Shown here: piece by piece, positions 27,448 to 36,398 of the stretch
Layout: each line of letters begins with the position of its first letter
Position numbering within the stretch: position 1 is the first letter of the stretch
Assembly (NCBI GenBank): GCA_048941285.1
Contig: JBHLNS010000010.1
Coordinates: 20,177 to 84,176, forward strand
Direction: 5' to 3'
Source of the DNA: Promethearchaeota archaeon
GTDB lineage: Archaea > Asgardarchaeota > Lokiarchaeia > Sigyniarchaeales > SOKP01
DNA: 64,000 nt
Translations under genes and position numbers: made by a program
Notes under the pieces: model-generated
The model's input: only the letters and a program-made list of their open reading frames with translations
What the model was told of the DNA's origin: nothing
Database searches by the model: none

Positions 27448-29787
27448 ATGGAAAAATTTCGAAATCAGAAGAAATACATTAGATATATTCTTTTTTTAGG
27501 ATTGTTTCTCATTATGTCTATTCCTCTTTGGAAAATTATAATTTCAATTAATATTGGTGGACCATTGATATTTCTAGCATTTGTACTGTATTATGTGAGC
27601 TCTAATACAATTTTTAATAATATTATTATAATTTTTTTTCTAATTTATTTAACTTTTATAATCTATCGGATAAAAGCAGCAAATAGAAGCAAAACCAAGA
27701 AATCTCCAAAATTAATTTTATTATTTGTAATTTTAGTTTTACCACAATTTTTCATTTTTGAGCAAGATTATCCCAAACCTAAAATAAGCCAAGAACAATG
27801 GGAGTTCTCAATGAGAACTAGTTTCAACCGTAATTTTGATTTATTTGATACATTTAACGCAACTGAGGGTTATAGAGAACGTCAGAGTGTATATTTGAAT
27901 GATAGTAAAAACAGTAACCATGTATACGCTCAAGTATCTCGAATTTATTTAGGTTTGAATGTGAGTGAAGCCAGTATTGAAGCCTCACTTTATAAAATTT
28001 ACAACCTGAAAGATACTTTGGATTTTACTTTGAATAATCTTATACGTTTGATATACATCGACATAAATAGAAGTATTTTGAGTCCAACAATACGGAAAAA
28101 AGTTATTGATGCTTTTGGTAAAACAAAGTATTGGTACACGGAACCTGTTAGAGATAATATGATATATTATACAGAGAATCATCAAATTCTTTTTCATACC
28201 GCAGAATTACTCATAGGGCAACTTTTTCCTAATGATACGTTCGTTATCTCAAATATGACTGGGCTTGAACATGTAAATCATGCTCTTCCTCTAGTAAAAA
28301 GATGGCTTGATTGGAGAGCTCAATTTGGTTTTGCGGAATGGCACTCAAATACATACTATACTGAAGATATAGCGGCTCTTGTTAACCTTGTTGATTTTTC
28401 AGAAGATCCTGAAGTTGTTTATAAAGCAGCGATGGTTTTAGATATAATAGCTTTTGATTTTGCTAATAATTATTATAAGGGTAGATATGCCACCACGCAT
28501 GGTCGTTGCTATGATAGAACTAAATTAGGCCCTAGTATAATATCTCCCGCATCTCGAGACAGTACCTCTGAATCTGCTTGGATAATGCTAGGTCTTGGAT
28601 ATCATAATCCTTCAGATAATAGTAATCTTGCTGCAGTCGCTTTAGCTACCAGTGATTATTATGCCCCCCCTCCTATTTTGGAGGATATCGCCAATAACGC
28701 AACCTTATATAACGAACATAAGGAAAGAAACAGTATTGACATGAATGACGGCGAAATGTACAATATAAATTATAACGAAGATGATCTAATGTTTTGGTTA
28801 GGTATGTCTGCGGTTCTACCACCTCAAACAATAAAAGGGGTCTTTGAATTAGTAGAAAAATATAATATAGATTCAAATAATATGTATGGTCCAACATTAA
28901 TCTCTGACTTTTTTCGAATATCAGCATTTCTGCATGGAATTTCACTTAGTCAATATTCTGAGAAAATGAAGCTCATAACCCAGGGGATATGCTTAGAAAC
29001 TTCAAATACTTATACATATAGAACACCCTACTATCAGCTTTCCGGTTCTCAAGATCATCAGAAAGGAATGAATAGTTATCAAGAACACATTTGGCAAGCT
29101 AGTTTAGACGATGATGCTTTTATTTATACAAATTCACCCGGAGGGTTAACTAAAGATTTTGAACAAGAATATGTTGGTGGTTGGAATCCAAGAGCTACGT
29201 TATATAAAAATGTAGGGGTAATCCAATATGACCGTGAAACTTTACCATTAGAAGGAGAATTACTATTATATTTCCTCAATCTTTTTACAGGTAATAAATT
29301 CTATCAACATGCTTATTTTCCCCAATGGGCTTTTGATGAGATAGAAGAGCGAGGAAAATGGATATTTGGTGCTAGAGGAGGAGGATATATTGCACTTTAT
29401 TCTTTCTATAACACTAGATGGGCTTCTGATTATGAATTAAGGGTTGATGGGTTCAAAAATTTATGGATCGTTGAATTGGGAAGTGTTGATGAATATGGTT
29501 CATTTAATCAATTTATTTCTGATATCCAACAATCTCAAATACAAGTTGTACCACAAGCATTAGGTTTTAATGTCCAGTATTCATCTCCTTCTCAAGGACT
29601 AGTAAGGGTTTCATGGAATGGGCCAATGATTGTAGATGGAAGTGAGGTCGACTTAGGTCCTTATGCTCGTTTTGATAATGATTATTGTTATCAAAATTTT
29701 GATACAAAATCGACTTTAATTCAATTTGGGAATCAGAGTTTAGAGTTGGATTTTATTAATGCTTCAAGAATTTATCAAATTAATTAA
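27448..29787 (+). CDS. membrane-anchored large extracytoplasmic protein, possibly alpha/alpha-toroid (heparinase II/III-like) glycan-active enzyme
   Basis: 779 aa; about 100 aa of N-terminal TM segments. YYTENHQILFHTAELLIGQLF and FGFAEWHSNTYYTED resemble the NH...W / E-x-S-x-x-YH elements of heparinase II/III-type lyases, but the functional call is weak. Confidence 0.4.
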   Translation: MEKFRNQKKYIRYILFLGLFLIMSIPLWKIIISINIGGPLIFLAFVLYYVSSNTIFNNIIIIFFLIYLTFIIYRIKAANRSKTKKSPKLILLFVILVLPQFFIFEQDYPKPKISQEQWEFSMRTSFNRNFDLFDTFNATEGYRERQSVYLNDSKNSNHVYAQVSRIYLGLNVSEASIEASLYKIYNLKDTLDFTLNNLIRLIYIDINRSILSPTIRKKVIDAFGKTKYWYTEPVRDNMIYYTENHQILFHTAELLIGQLFPNDTFVISNMTGLEHVNHALPLVKRWLDWRAQFGFAEWHSNTYYTEDIAALVNLVDFSEDPEVVYKAAMVLDIIAFDFANNYYKGRYATTHGRCYDRTKLGPSIISPASRDSTSESAWIMLGLGYHNPSDNSNLAAVALATSDYYAPPPILEDIANNATLYNEHKERNSIDMNDGEMYNINYNEDDLMFWLGMSAVLPPQTIKGVFELVEKYNIDSNNMYGPTLISDFFRISAFLHGISLSQYSEKMKLITQGICLETSNTYTYRTPYYQLSGSQDHQKGMNSYQEHIWQASLDDDAFIYTNSPGGLTKDFEQEYVGGWNPRATLYKNVGVIQYDRETLPLEGELLLYFLNLFTGNKFYQHAYFPQWAFDEIEERGKWIFGARGGGYIALYSFYNTRWASDYELRVDGFKNLWIVELGSVDEYGSFNQFISDIQQSQIQVVPQALGFNVQYSSPSQGLVRVSWNGPMIVDGSEVDLGPYARFDNDYCYQNFDTKSTLIQFGNQSLELDFINASRIYQIN

Positions 29788-29807
29788 TCAACCATAATAA
29801 AGAAAAA

Positions 29808-30671
29808 GTGATAGTAAAAAAATTATTAAGAATTGGGAAACCTGCCGTAAAGGGTAGTATTTTAGTCATTTTTGGAATTTTAAATTCTCGTATTGGTATT
29901 GGAGTAGAGATTTTTACAAACAATCTTATTTATGGCCCTCTTGCATATCTTTTCCTCGCTCTTTCAGGAATAATCATTATCAAACTCCTTCATATACTAA
30001 ATAATCCCTATGATAGAGGTAAATTAAATAAAAATAGAGTTTTACTTGTTTTGGGAATTTTAAGTATTATTAGTTTAATTTTAATTATCTGTAATATATT
30101 TGAGAATTTAACAATTTATTATCTTAATATTCCTATTATTCTTTTTACAGCATTTATTATCGCCTTTTGGATTGCTTTAGGCTATTTTGGTGCTAAGAAT
30201 ATAATAGAAAAGATATCTGTAAAGATACTTGTTTTTACGTTCTCCTTCTCTCTTGGATTATTCTACGGTGTTTTCTTAAATACTTATATAATTCCTACTC
30301 AAATCTATTTTTTTTTTTTGTCATTGTCATTTTTACAATTGTCTAGAGAATTCTCAAAGAGATTAAATGAAAAAGAAAAAATTAAGGAGTATTTGCGATT
30401 TCCTTATAAAATTGATGAGAGAAACCTACTTAAGTTTTCATTGTTCTTTCAATTTGCTGCGATAATTTTCCTTATTATTCCAGTATTCCTTGAAATATAT
30501 AATAATTTCATACTTCTTTTTTTTATGGTTTTTAATTTAATAGCTATAGGTATTGCTTCTATTCTGACTTTAGCAAGCTTAATAGAAAAAGAGATTTACA
30601 ACAGTATAAGTTTGATATTAAAAATTGGAATATTATTGGAATTAATTATGTTTTTAGTTTTAGGAATATAG
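29808..30671 (+). CDS. polytopic membrane protein, function unknown
   Basis: 287 aa, GTG start, about 8 hydrophobic segments. Confidence 0.5.
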   Translation: MIVKKLLRIGKPAVKGSILVIFGILNSRIGIGVEIFTNNLIYGPLAYLFLALSGIIIIKLLHILNNPYDRGKLNKNRVLLVLGILSIISLILIICNIFENLTIYYLNIPIILFTAFIIAFWIALGYFGAKNIIEKISVKILVFTFSFSLGLFYGVFLNTYIIPTQIYFFFLSLSFLQLSREFSKRLNEKEKIKEYLRFPYKIDERNLLKFSLFFQFAAIIFLIIPVFLEIYNNFILLFFMVFNLIAIGIASILTLASLIEKEIYNSISLILKIGILLELIMFLVLGI

Positions 30672-30699
30672 TTTTTTCTTAATAAGAGTTGAAATTTAT

Positions 30700-31596
30700 A
30701 TGAAATTATTACGAACTCCTGATGAATTGTTTGAAAACCTCCCGGATTATCCATTCAAGCCTAATTATTTAAATGTTGAAGGAATAAGAATTCACTATAT
30801 AGATGAGGGACTTAAAGATGCTGAGGCTATACTTCTTATGCATGGAGAACCATCATGGTCCTACTTATATAGACATATGATTCCAATTTTATTAGAAGCA
30901 GGATTTAGAACTATAGCACCAGATTTAGTTGGGTTTGGAAGATCTGATAAACCAACTGAAAAAAGTGACCATACATTCCGTAAACATGTAGAATGGATAT
31001 CTAGTTTTGTTAATATGCTCGATCTCAAAAATATTACCTTATTTTGCCAAGATTGGGGCTCATTAATAGGTTTAAGAGTTGCTATTGAAAATCAAGAACG
31101 TTTTAGCAGGATTGTACTATCGAATGGAGGATTACCTACGGGAGTAAGAAAACCAACTGAGGCATTTTTAGAATGGCAACATTTTTCGAGAACTGCTACT
31201 AAATTTAATGTTGGAAGGATTATCCAGGGAGCTACAATTACTAAATTGCCAAGAAATGTGATAAAAGCGTACGATGCCCCGTTTCCGGATGATACTTTTA
31301 AGGCGGGACCTAAAATTATGCCTTCATTAGTTCCAACTTCAATAGAAGATCCAGAGCATGAGGCAAATAAAGAAGCGTGGGAGCAGTTTTCACAATGGAA
31401 AAAACCCTTTTTAACAGCTTTCTCTGATAAAGACCCCATTACAAGAGGGGGTTACAGAAAATGGCAAGAAAAAGTTCCAGGTGCTCAAGGACAAAAACAT
31501 GTTACAATAAAAGATGGCGGACATTTTGTCCAAGAAGATAAAGGTCCTGAGTTAGCGAACCTCATAATAGAATTTATTAAAAGCAATCCTTTATAA
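30700..31596 (+). CDS. haloalkane dehalogenase (alpha/beta hydrolase)
   Basis: N-terminus LRTPDELFENLPDYPFKPNYLNV..IHYIDEG, oxyanion HGEPSWSYLYR, nucleophile elbow CQDWGS. Confidence 0.85.
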   Translation: MKLLRTPDELFENLPDYPFKPNYLNVEGIRIHYIDEGLKDAEAILLMHGEPSWSYLYRHMIPILLEAGFRTIAPDLVGFGRSDKPTEKSDHTFRKHVEWISSFVNMLDLKNITLFCQDWGSLIGLRVAIENQERFSRIVLSNGGLPTGVRKPTEAFLEWQHFSRTATKFNVGRIIQGATITKLPRNVIKAYDAPFPDDTFKAGPKIMPSLVPTSIEDPEHEANKEAWEQFSQWKKPFLTAFSDKDPITRGGYRKWQEKVPGAQGQKHVTIKDGGHFVQEDKGPELANLIIEFIKSNPL

Positions 31597-31706
31597 TTAT
31601 TTGAGTATGATTTAATTCTAAATAAGTATGAAAATTGGACTATACAAGAATTATATAATATGGTTTGAATCTAAAATATAATAATTAACTTAATTGTTAT
31701 TATCCT

Positions 31707-32216
31707 ATGAATATAAAAAGACATGAAGGTCATGAAAGGGAAGCTCCAAATTCCCATATATATCAAAGTGTATTACCTATAGTATTTATACTAATTTGGT
31801 TTTTGGATTCACAAATCTTTAGATTTTCTACTTTCTTGAATATTTTTATTCCTTTTCTGATTAGACTAATCTTATTTATTATCGTATTCGCAATATCTAT
31901 TGCTTTCATAATGCTTTCACATCGTACTCTCTTTAAATCTCATCAGCCACCTAATAAATTAATTACTGTTGGAATTCTTCGGTATATGAGGAATCCTATG
32001 TACTTCGGAATTTTACTGATATATGTCGCATTTTTGTTTTTATCCATTTCATTAATAGGAATTGGAATGTTTATCATCGTGTTCTTGGTATATAATTGGA
32101 TGGTTAACTATGAAGAGAGGATTCTTGAAGATTTATTTGGTGAAGATTACAAGGAATATAAAAGAAATGTGTCAAAATGGATTCCAAATCCATTTAAAAG
32201 AAAATTAAAGTTTTAA
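31707..32216 (+). CDS. ICMT/PEMT-family membrane methyltransferase
   Basis: RYMRNPMYFGILLIY and C-terminal YEERILEDLFGEDYKEYKRNVSKWIP. Confidence 0.75.
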   Translation: MNIKRHEGHEREAPNSHIYQSVLPIVFILIWFLDSQIFRFSTFLNIFIPFLIRLILFIIVFAISIAFIMLSHRTLFKSHQPPNKLITVGILRYMRNPMYFGILLIYVAFLFLSISLIGIGMFIIVFLVYNWMVNYEERILEDLFGEDYKEYKRNVSKWIPNPFKRKLKF

Positions 32217-32220
32217 CTAA

Positions 32221-32230
32221 TTTTTTTTTT
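32221..32230 (+). terminator. oligo-T tract (T10) after the ICMT-like gene
   Basis: T10 begins 5 nt after the stop at 32216. Confidence 0.4.
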
Positions 32231-32481
32231 CTATTAATTTAAGTCTAAAAGGGAAAAAAAAAGTAGTCCCTAAGAAGGATTTTGGGGAAGAGGAATTCGA
32301 ATCTCACGTATTTAGAAAACTTACCAAGAAAAACGCTATTTGGGATGGTTCTGAAACTTAAAACACTTGAAAAATATAGAAAAATTACAGGGAAACTTTG
32401 GCTATATAAAAAGGAGTTAGCTTAAAATTTTGAAAAGTACCTTAAAAACCTTAGAAAGGGCAAATAAAAATTACAAATAAA

Positions 32482-33117
32482 TTATAATTGATTTAACGCT
32501 TTTATCAAAAGTTTTTTATTAGAATCTGGATAATACTCAGAGTAATCAAGTATCCTTTCTTTAGAAATACCATCCAATAATTTAGAGATATCAATAACAA
32601 TACGATTTTCATTTATATGATTATATTCCCATAAATAAATCAAATCTAAAATCGTTTTCTCATGATCTGAATATCTGACTTTATTTTCTACAATTCCAAA
32701 ACCAAATAAGGCATTCTTGAATCTTAAAAATCTAAAATTCTTTCCAAAAATGTTTATGGGTTCATTTTTTATCAGTTGATCATTAATTACATAAAAAAAT
32801 TCATCTTGATGATCATGTTCCACTTGAATTAGATTTAATGCAGTATAAAGCCCATAATACCAATTATTAACTCTCTTAACCGTTAAACCCTTCGCAACAA
32901 GCTCTAAAAGGGAATGCTTAATCTTTTTTCTTCTCAATTCCTCAACTGACTTCAAATAATAAATATCTTCAAAAATATTTACTAAATAACCCCGAGATAT
33001 TAAATAATCACTACTAGTTTTGTAATTAAGGTATAATTTATCACAATACTCTTTTATTTCCTCAGAAGTTATAAATTTTATATCATCTTTCCTGATTTCT
33101 TTTAGGACACGATTCAT
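32482..33117 (-). CDS. AbiEi-like (COG5340-type) putative antitoxin/transcriptional regulator
   Basis: N-terminal wHTH-like FITSEEIKEY...YLISRGYLVNIFEDIYYL and C-terminal YSDHEKTILDLIY resemble AbiEi family proteins; the assignment is by eye only. Confidence 0.45.
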   Translation of the reverse strand: MNRVLKEIRKDDIKFITSEEIKEYCDKLYLNYKTSSDYLISRGYLVNIFEDIYYLKSVEELRRKKIKHSLLELVAKGLTVKRVNNWYYGLYTALNLIQVEHDHQDEFFYVINDQLIKNEPINIFGKNFRFLRFKNALFGFGIVENKVRYSDHEKTILDLIYLWEYNHINENRIVIDISKLLDGISKERILDYSEYYPDSNKKLLIKALNQL

Positions 33118-33301
33118 AAATCAAATTTCGAAATATAATTAAATTTTATAAAAAAGGAATAAAATTTCATCTATTGTTATATATAAGATAGCTAAATTTT
33201 TATGTCTTTTAGATTTAGAATATAAAAATTTTAAAAAAAAGAAAAAATTATCATCAATTTTGTTATTTATTACATAAATATCGAATTATCTGGTTTTAGG
33301 T

Positions 33302-33565
33302 ATGAATGAGAAAAATATTATAAGATTTAACACAGCAGAAAAAGTAATTTTTTTTACAGGAATACTGTTGATTGTATTATCAATTATTAGTGAATTAAAT
33401 TTCCATTACATTCAAGGTTTCAAACCTGAATTAATGGCCCCTAACATTTTTTGGAAAGCAGAAGCAGCAGAAGTTTTTAATTCTATGAGTTTTCTTATCT
33501 TAGGTATTTTATTAATATTTATTGCTTTTAGAATTTCAAAGAGAAGAATATCTATGGAAAATTAG
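33302..33565 (+). CDS. small two-TM membrane protein
   Basis: 87 aa with two hydrophobic helices. Confidence 0.4.
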   Translation: MNEKNIIRFNTAEKVIFFTGILLIVLSIISELNFHYIQGFKPELMAPNIFWKAEAAEVFNSMSFLILGILLIFIAFRISKRRISMEN

Positions 33566-33623
33566 ATAATTCTGTTCTCTATTTACCTTAGAATGCTTTA
33601 TTAAATAAAATTAAAAGAATAAA

Positions 33624-34679
33624 TTAAAGAGGCCACATATTGATTCCAACCATTATTACAATTAATGAACAAACTAAAGTTAAACAAATTATTATTTGGA
33701 TTGCTCTTCTATATTTAAGTGCACTTGATCCTTTGAAAAGTACATAAAAAAGCGGGATTAGCATCCATGAAGTAAAACCTAAGAATAACCCTATAACAGG
33801 GATCAATACTAAAAAGGGATACATAAATATCAACATTCCTATTATGATAAAAATCCATGGAAATGTAAGTGGACCTAGGTTTAGATCTTTTATTTTAGAT
33901 ATTTTCCTGAGTAATTTTTTCTTACTATCCCAATTCGAAGATCTACCTTTTAATCTACGAATTGTAAAGAACGCTGCGATAGAAAATGATATAATGATAA
34001 GTATTATTCCAATAATTAATATAATATTATCAGTAATTCCGATCATGGCACATATACTTGCATTCGGGTATCCTGTATATAACCAAATCGTAGGAGGTAG
34101 AAGTTCTTTATAACTTTTGGGAATAGTAAATGTGTAAAATGCCATTATTCCTCCCAAGATTGCCCATAATAAGAACATCCACATCGGAGGGTGAGGTATA
34201 ACTATTGGAGATCCAAATCCACTTGTCCAAAAACTATCTAAATTAACTGTACCCATCCCAATTCTAAGAGCCCACCACGACCAATCATAAATTAACCAAT
34301 GGGCACACCAAAAACCAGAGATTAATGCAATTGTTTGATATCCATTGATTTTATTGGATTGGACAACTAATACTATGACTATAACATAGAGAGTAAGAAT
34401 ACTAAAATACGCAATGTCGGTATGAAAAAAGAATGAAGGTATACCTGTCTCTTCCGAAATACCTATTTTTGCTATTCCTAAAAGATATACTATACTTGAT
34501 ATAAAAGCAAAACCAAGAGTCATAAAAATTGTCCATCTCCAATTGAAATCTCCTAGATTTCTTGCAGGTAATTGTCCTGTTTTTTTCATATATTCTTTTC
34601 TCAATTCTAGTAAATTTCTTTCAAGAATTTTAATTTGTTTTTCTAATTCATCTTTTGAAAATTCTTTTGTTTTAGACAA
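33624..34679 (-). CDS. polytopic membrane protein with an N-terminal coiled-coil segment
   Basis: 351 aa; KDELEKQIKILERNLLELRKEYMKK followed by about 9 hydrophobic segments. Confidence 0.55.
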   Translation of the reverse strand: MSKTKEFSKDELEKQIKILERNLLELRKEYMKKTGQLPARNLGDFNWRWTIFMTLGFAFISSIVYLLGIAKIGISEETGIPSFFFHTDIAYFSILTLYVIVIVLVVQSNKINGYQTIALISGFWCAHWLIYDWSWWALRIGMGTVNLDSFWTSGFGSPIVIPHPPMWMFLLWAILGGIMAFYTFTIPKSYKELLPPTIWLYTGYPNASICAMIGITDNIILIIGIILIIISFSIAAFFTIRRLKGRSSNWDSKKKLLRKISKIKDLNLGPLTFPWIFIIIGMLIFMYPFLVLIPVIGLFLGFTSWMLIPLFYVLFKGSSALKYRRAIQIIICLTLVCSLIVIMVGINMWPL

Positions 34680-34894
34680 GAAAAATCACTTAACTTTTGA
34701 ATTTATATATTGTAAATTCTACAATTCTCTTTTTAAATATTATTAATCTGGAGTAAATAGTTAGCTCTAAACACATAAAATTCATCTTATCTTGTATTTT
34801 TAGAAAATTTCTCTCCAACAACATTTATATACTAAACCAAACTAATTTCTATAGAAAGAAGCGACATAAATGTTAAGAAGGAGGAACAGGATTA

Positions 34895-35374
34895 ATGATA
34901 TATAACAACCCAGATGAATCTATCTCAGAATATGAAGAAACGATTAACAAATTAACGACCCAAATTACAGATTTATTTTCCAAAATTCATTTTTACCAAG
35001 CTCTTATTGCTGAAAAGGATCTTAAGATAACCCAATTAATTAATGAGAATAATACTCTAAAAATGCAGATTCGAAAATTATCAAATGAATTAAAAACACC
35101 TCCTCCACCTAGTCAAAAATCATATACACCTCCTCAACAACCTTTACCAACACTTCCACCAGAAACGCCCTCTAAAACAACTTCAGTTGAAAAAACAACT
35201 CCCAGTTTCACAACTGGCACAGATTCTAGAATTAATAAACGACAATGTCCAAATTGTGGTGCAATGGGTTTTGCTATACGAGAAATCGACGACAAATCAA
35301 ATATAATAAGTTATGTTCCAAGACGTATCTATGCAAAAAAGAAATCTTGCACTAAATGCAGGTATGAATGGTAA
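34895..35374 (+). CDS. coiled-coil / Pro-Thr-rich linker / C-terminal zinc-ribbon protein
   Basis: GGAGG lies 10 nt upstream of the ATG; N-terminal heptad-like region, then TPPPPSQKSYTPPQQPLPTLPPETP, then CPNCG...CTKC. Confidence 0.6.
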   Translation: MIYNNPDESISEYEETINKLTTQITDLFSKIHFYQALIAEKDLKITQLINENNTLKMQIRKLSNELKTPPPPSQKSYTPPQQPLPTLPPETPSKTTSVEKTTPSFTTGTDSRINKRQCPNCGAMGFAIREIDDKSNIISYVPRRIYAKKKSCTKCRYEW

Positions 35375-35379
35375 TTAAC

Positions 35380-36321
35380 TTAAATTTTAAAAAATGGGGT
35401 TAAATTACGCGGTAAAACATCGAAATAATTAACGAGATCATACCTTTCTATTTTTTCTTTGGTTTCCTTATCAAGATCATTAAAACTTATCCTGTCAAAT
35501 ATTTGTTTAGTTTCTTCTTCACTAAACTCAGGCCCTCTTTCAATCCAATTCTTGACCTTCTTATTTGCAGGACATACTTTTTGGCAATGAAGACATCCCA
35601 CTAAACAATTATGCCAAGATGAATCTATCCAATCTGGAAAAGGAACTTCTGGGGGTTGTTCGTTATGATATGTTAAACAACGCTCAACTCTCAATAGAAT
35701 TCTATCTGTTGGAATGGCTCCTGTTGGACATTTAAGTGTACATGCAGAACATTCCTTACACATATCCATAAGTTTCAAATCATGCCAATTATCCTCATCA
35801 GTGGGATAATCTGAATACAGGGTTGTTAAACGGTGAAAACTCCCCATTTCAGGCACATAAGTAATATTGTTTCTGCCATATTCAGCCAGTCCACAACGAA
35901 CTGCAAGTGTTTTTTGAGGAAGACGAGCATATGCTACTTTATATCCACTTGGTTCTAAAAGCTCACTTACAAATTCTATCAGATCGTTAATAATTTTGAG
36001 ACCATACAAATAAGTGGGAGGTATAAGTAATGAGATTTCTTTATTATTCCATTGAAAAACTGCTTCAAATTGGGGTACAGGAACTGAAATTATAAAAAGA
36101 GATCTGATTTGAGGCAGATCAACCTCTTGTTCAATTTCAAAATAAGACTTATATTCTTCATAGAACTTAGGATCTAAGAGATTTTGTTCACGAAATTTTT
36201 GAACGTCTCTAAACAACTCAGGAATGTGTTTTGCCGATATTATTTTTCCTCTATATCCTTTCAATTCTAAACTTTTATAAAAATTCTGATTAACTTTATT
36301 TTCGCTTTTCATAAATATCAC
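35380..36321 (-). CDS. QueG-like (epoxyqueuosine-reductase fold) 4Fe-4S double-cluster protein
   Basis: LPQKTLAVRCGLAEYGRNNI, CKECSACTLKCPTGAI, ERCLTYHNE, CLVGCLHCQKVCPANK. Confidence 0.65.
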   Translation of the reverse strand: MIFMKSENKVNQNFYKSLELKGYRGKIISAKHIPELFRDVQKFREQNLLDPKFYEEYKSYFEIEQEVDLPQIRSLFIISVPVPQFEAVFQWNNKEISLLIPPTYLYGLKIINDLIEFVSELLEPSGYKVAYARLPQKTLAVRCGLAEYGRNNITYVPEMGSFHRLTTLYSDYPTDEDNWHDLKLMDMCKECSACTLKCPTGAIPTDRILLRVERCLTYHNEQPPEVPFPDWIDSSWHNCLVGCLHCQKVCPANKKVKNWIERGPEFSEEETKQIFDRISFNDLDKETKEKIERYDLVNYFDVLPRNLTPFFKI

Positions 36322-36398
36322 TCTGTTAAATTAGTTTAAAATTTCTTTTTAATTTAAATAATACTTAATTGGTGAAACTAAATATCTTGAATCATAGA

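Noticed and set aside
32292-32303. GGAATTCGAATC, which resembles a tRNA T-arm/T-loop (GGTTCGAATCC) and could mark a tRNA fragment or integration att site
   Set aside because: The flanks give no complementary T-stem, acceptor stem or anticodon arm, and no integrase is nearby. It is most likely a chance match.
32251-32467. Lys-rich open stretches on the plus strand (GKKKVVPKKDFGEEEFESHVFRKLTKKNAIWDGSET*, then LKTLEKYRKITGKLWLYKKELA*NFEKYLKNLRKGK*) that read like a decayed small gene
   Set aside because: There is no start codon, and the stretches have one frame change and one in-frame stop. A-rich DNA readily yields Lys-rich pseudo-ORFs of this length, and no family is recognisable. It is kept only as context for the AbiEi-like finding.
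30700-36321. Idea that the haloalkane dehalogenase and the QueG/RdhA-superfamily Fe-S protein form an organohalide-respiration module
   Set aside because: The genes are about 4 kb apart on opposite strands with unrelated genes between them. The Fe-S protein has no TAT signal or RdhB-like anchor gene, and haloalkane dehalogenases are hydrolytic and unrelated to respiration.
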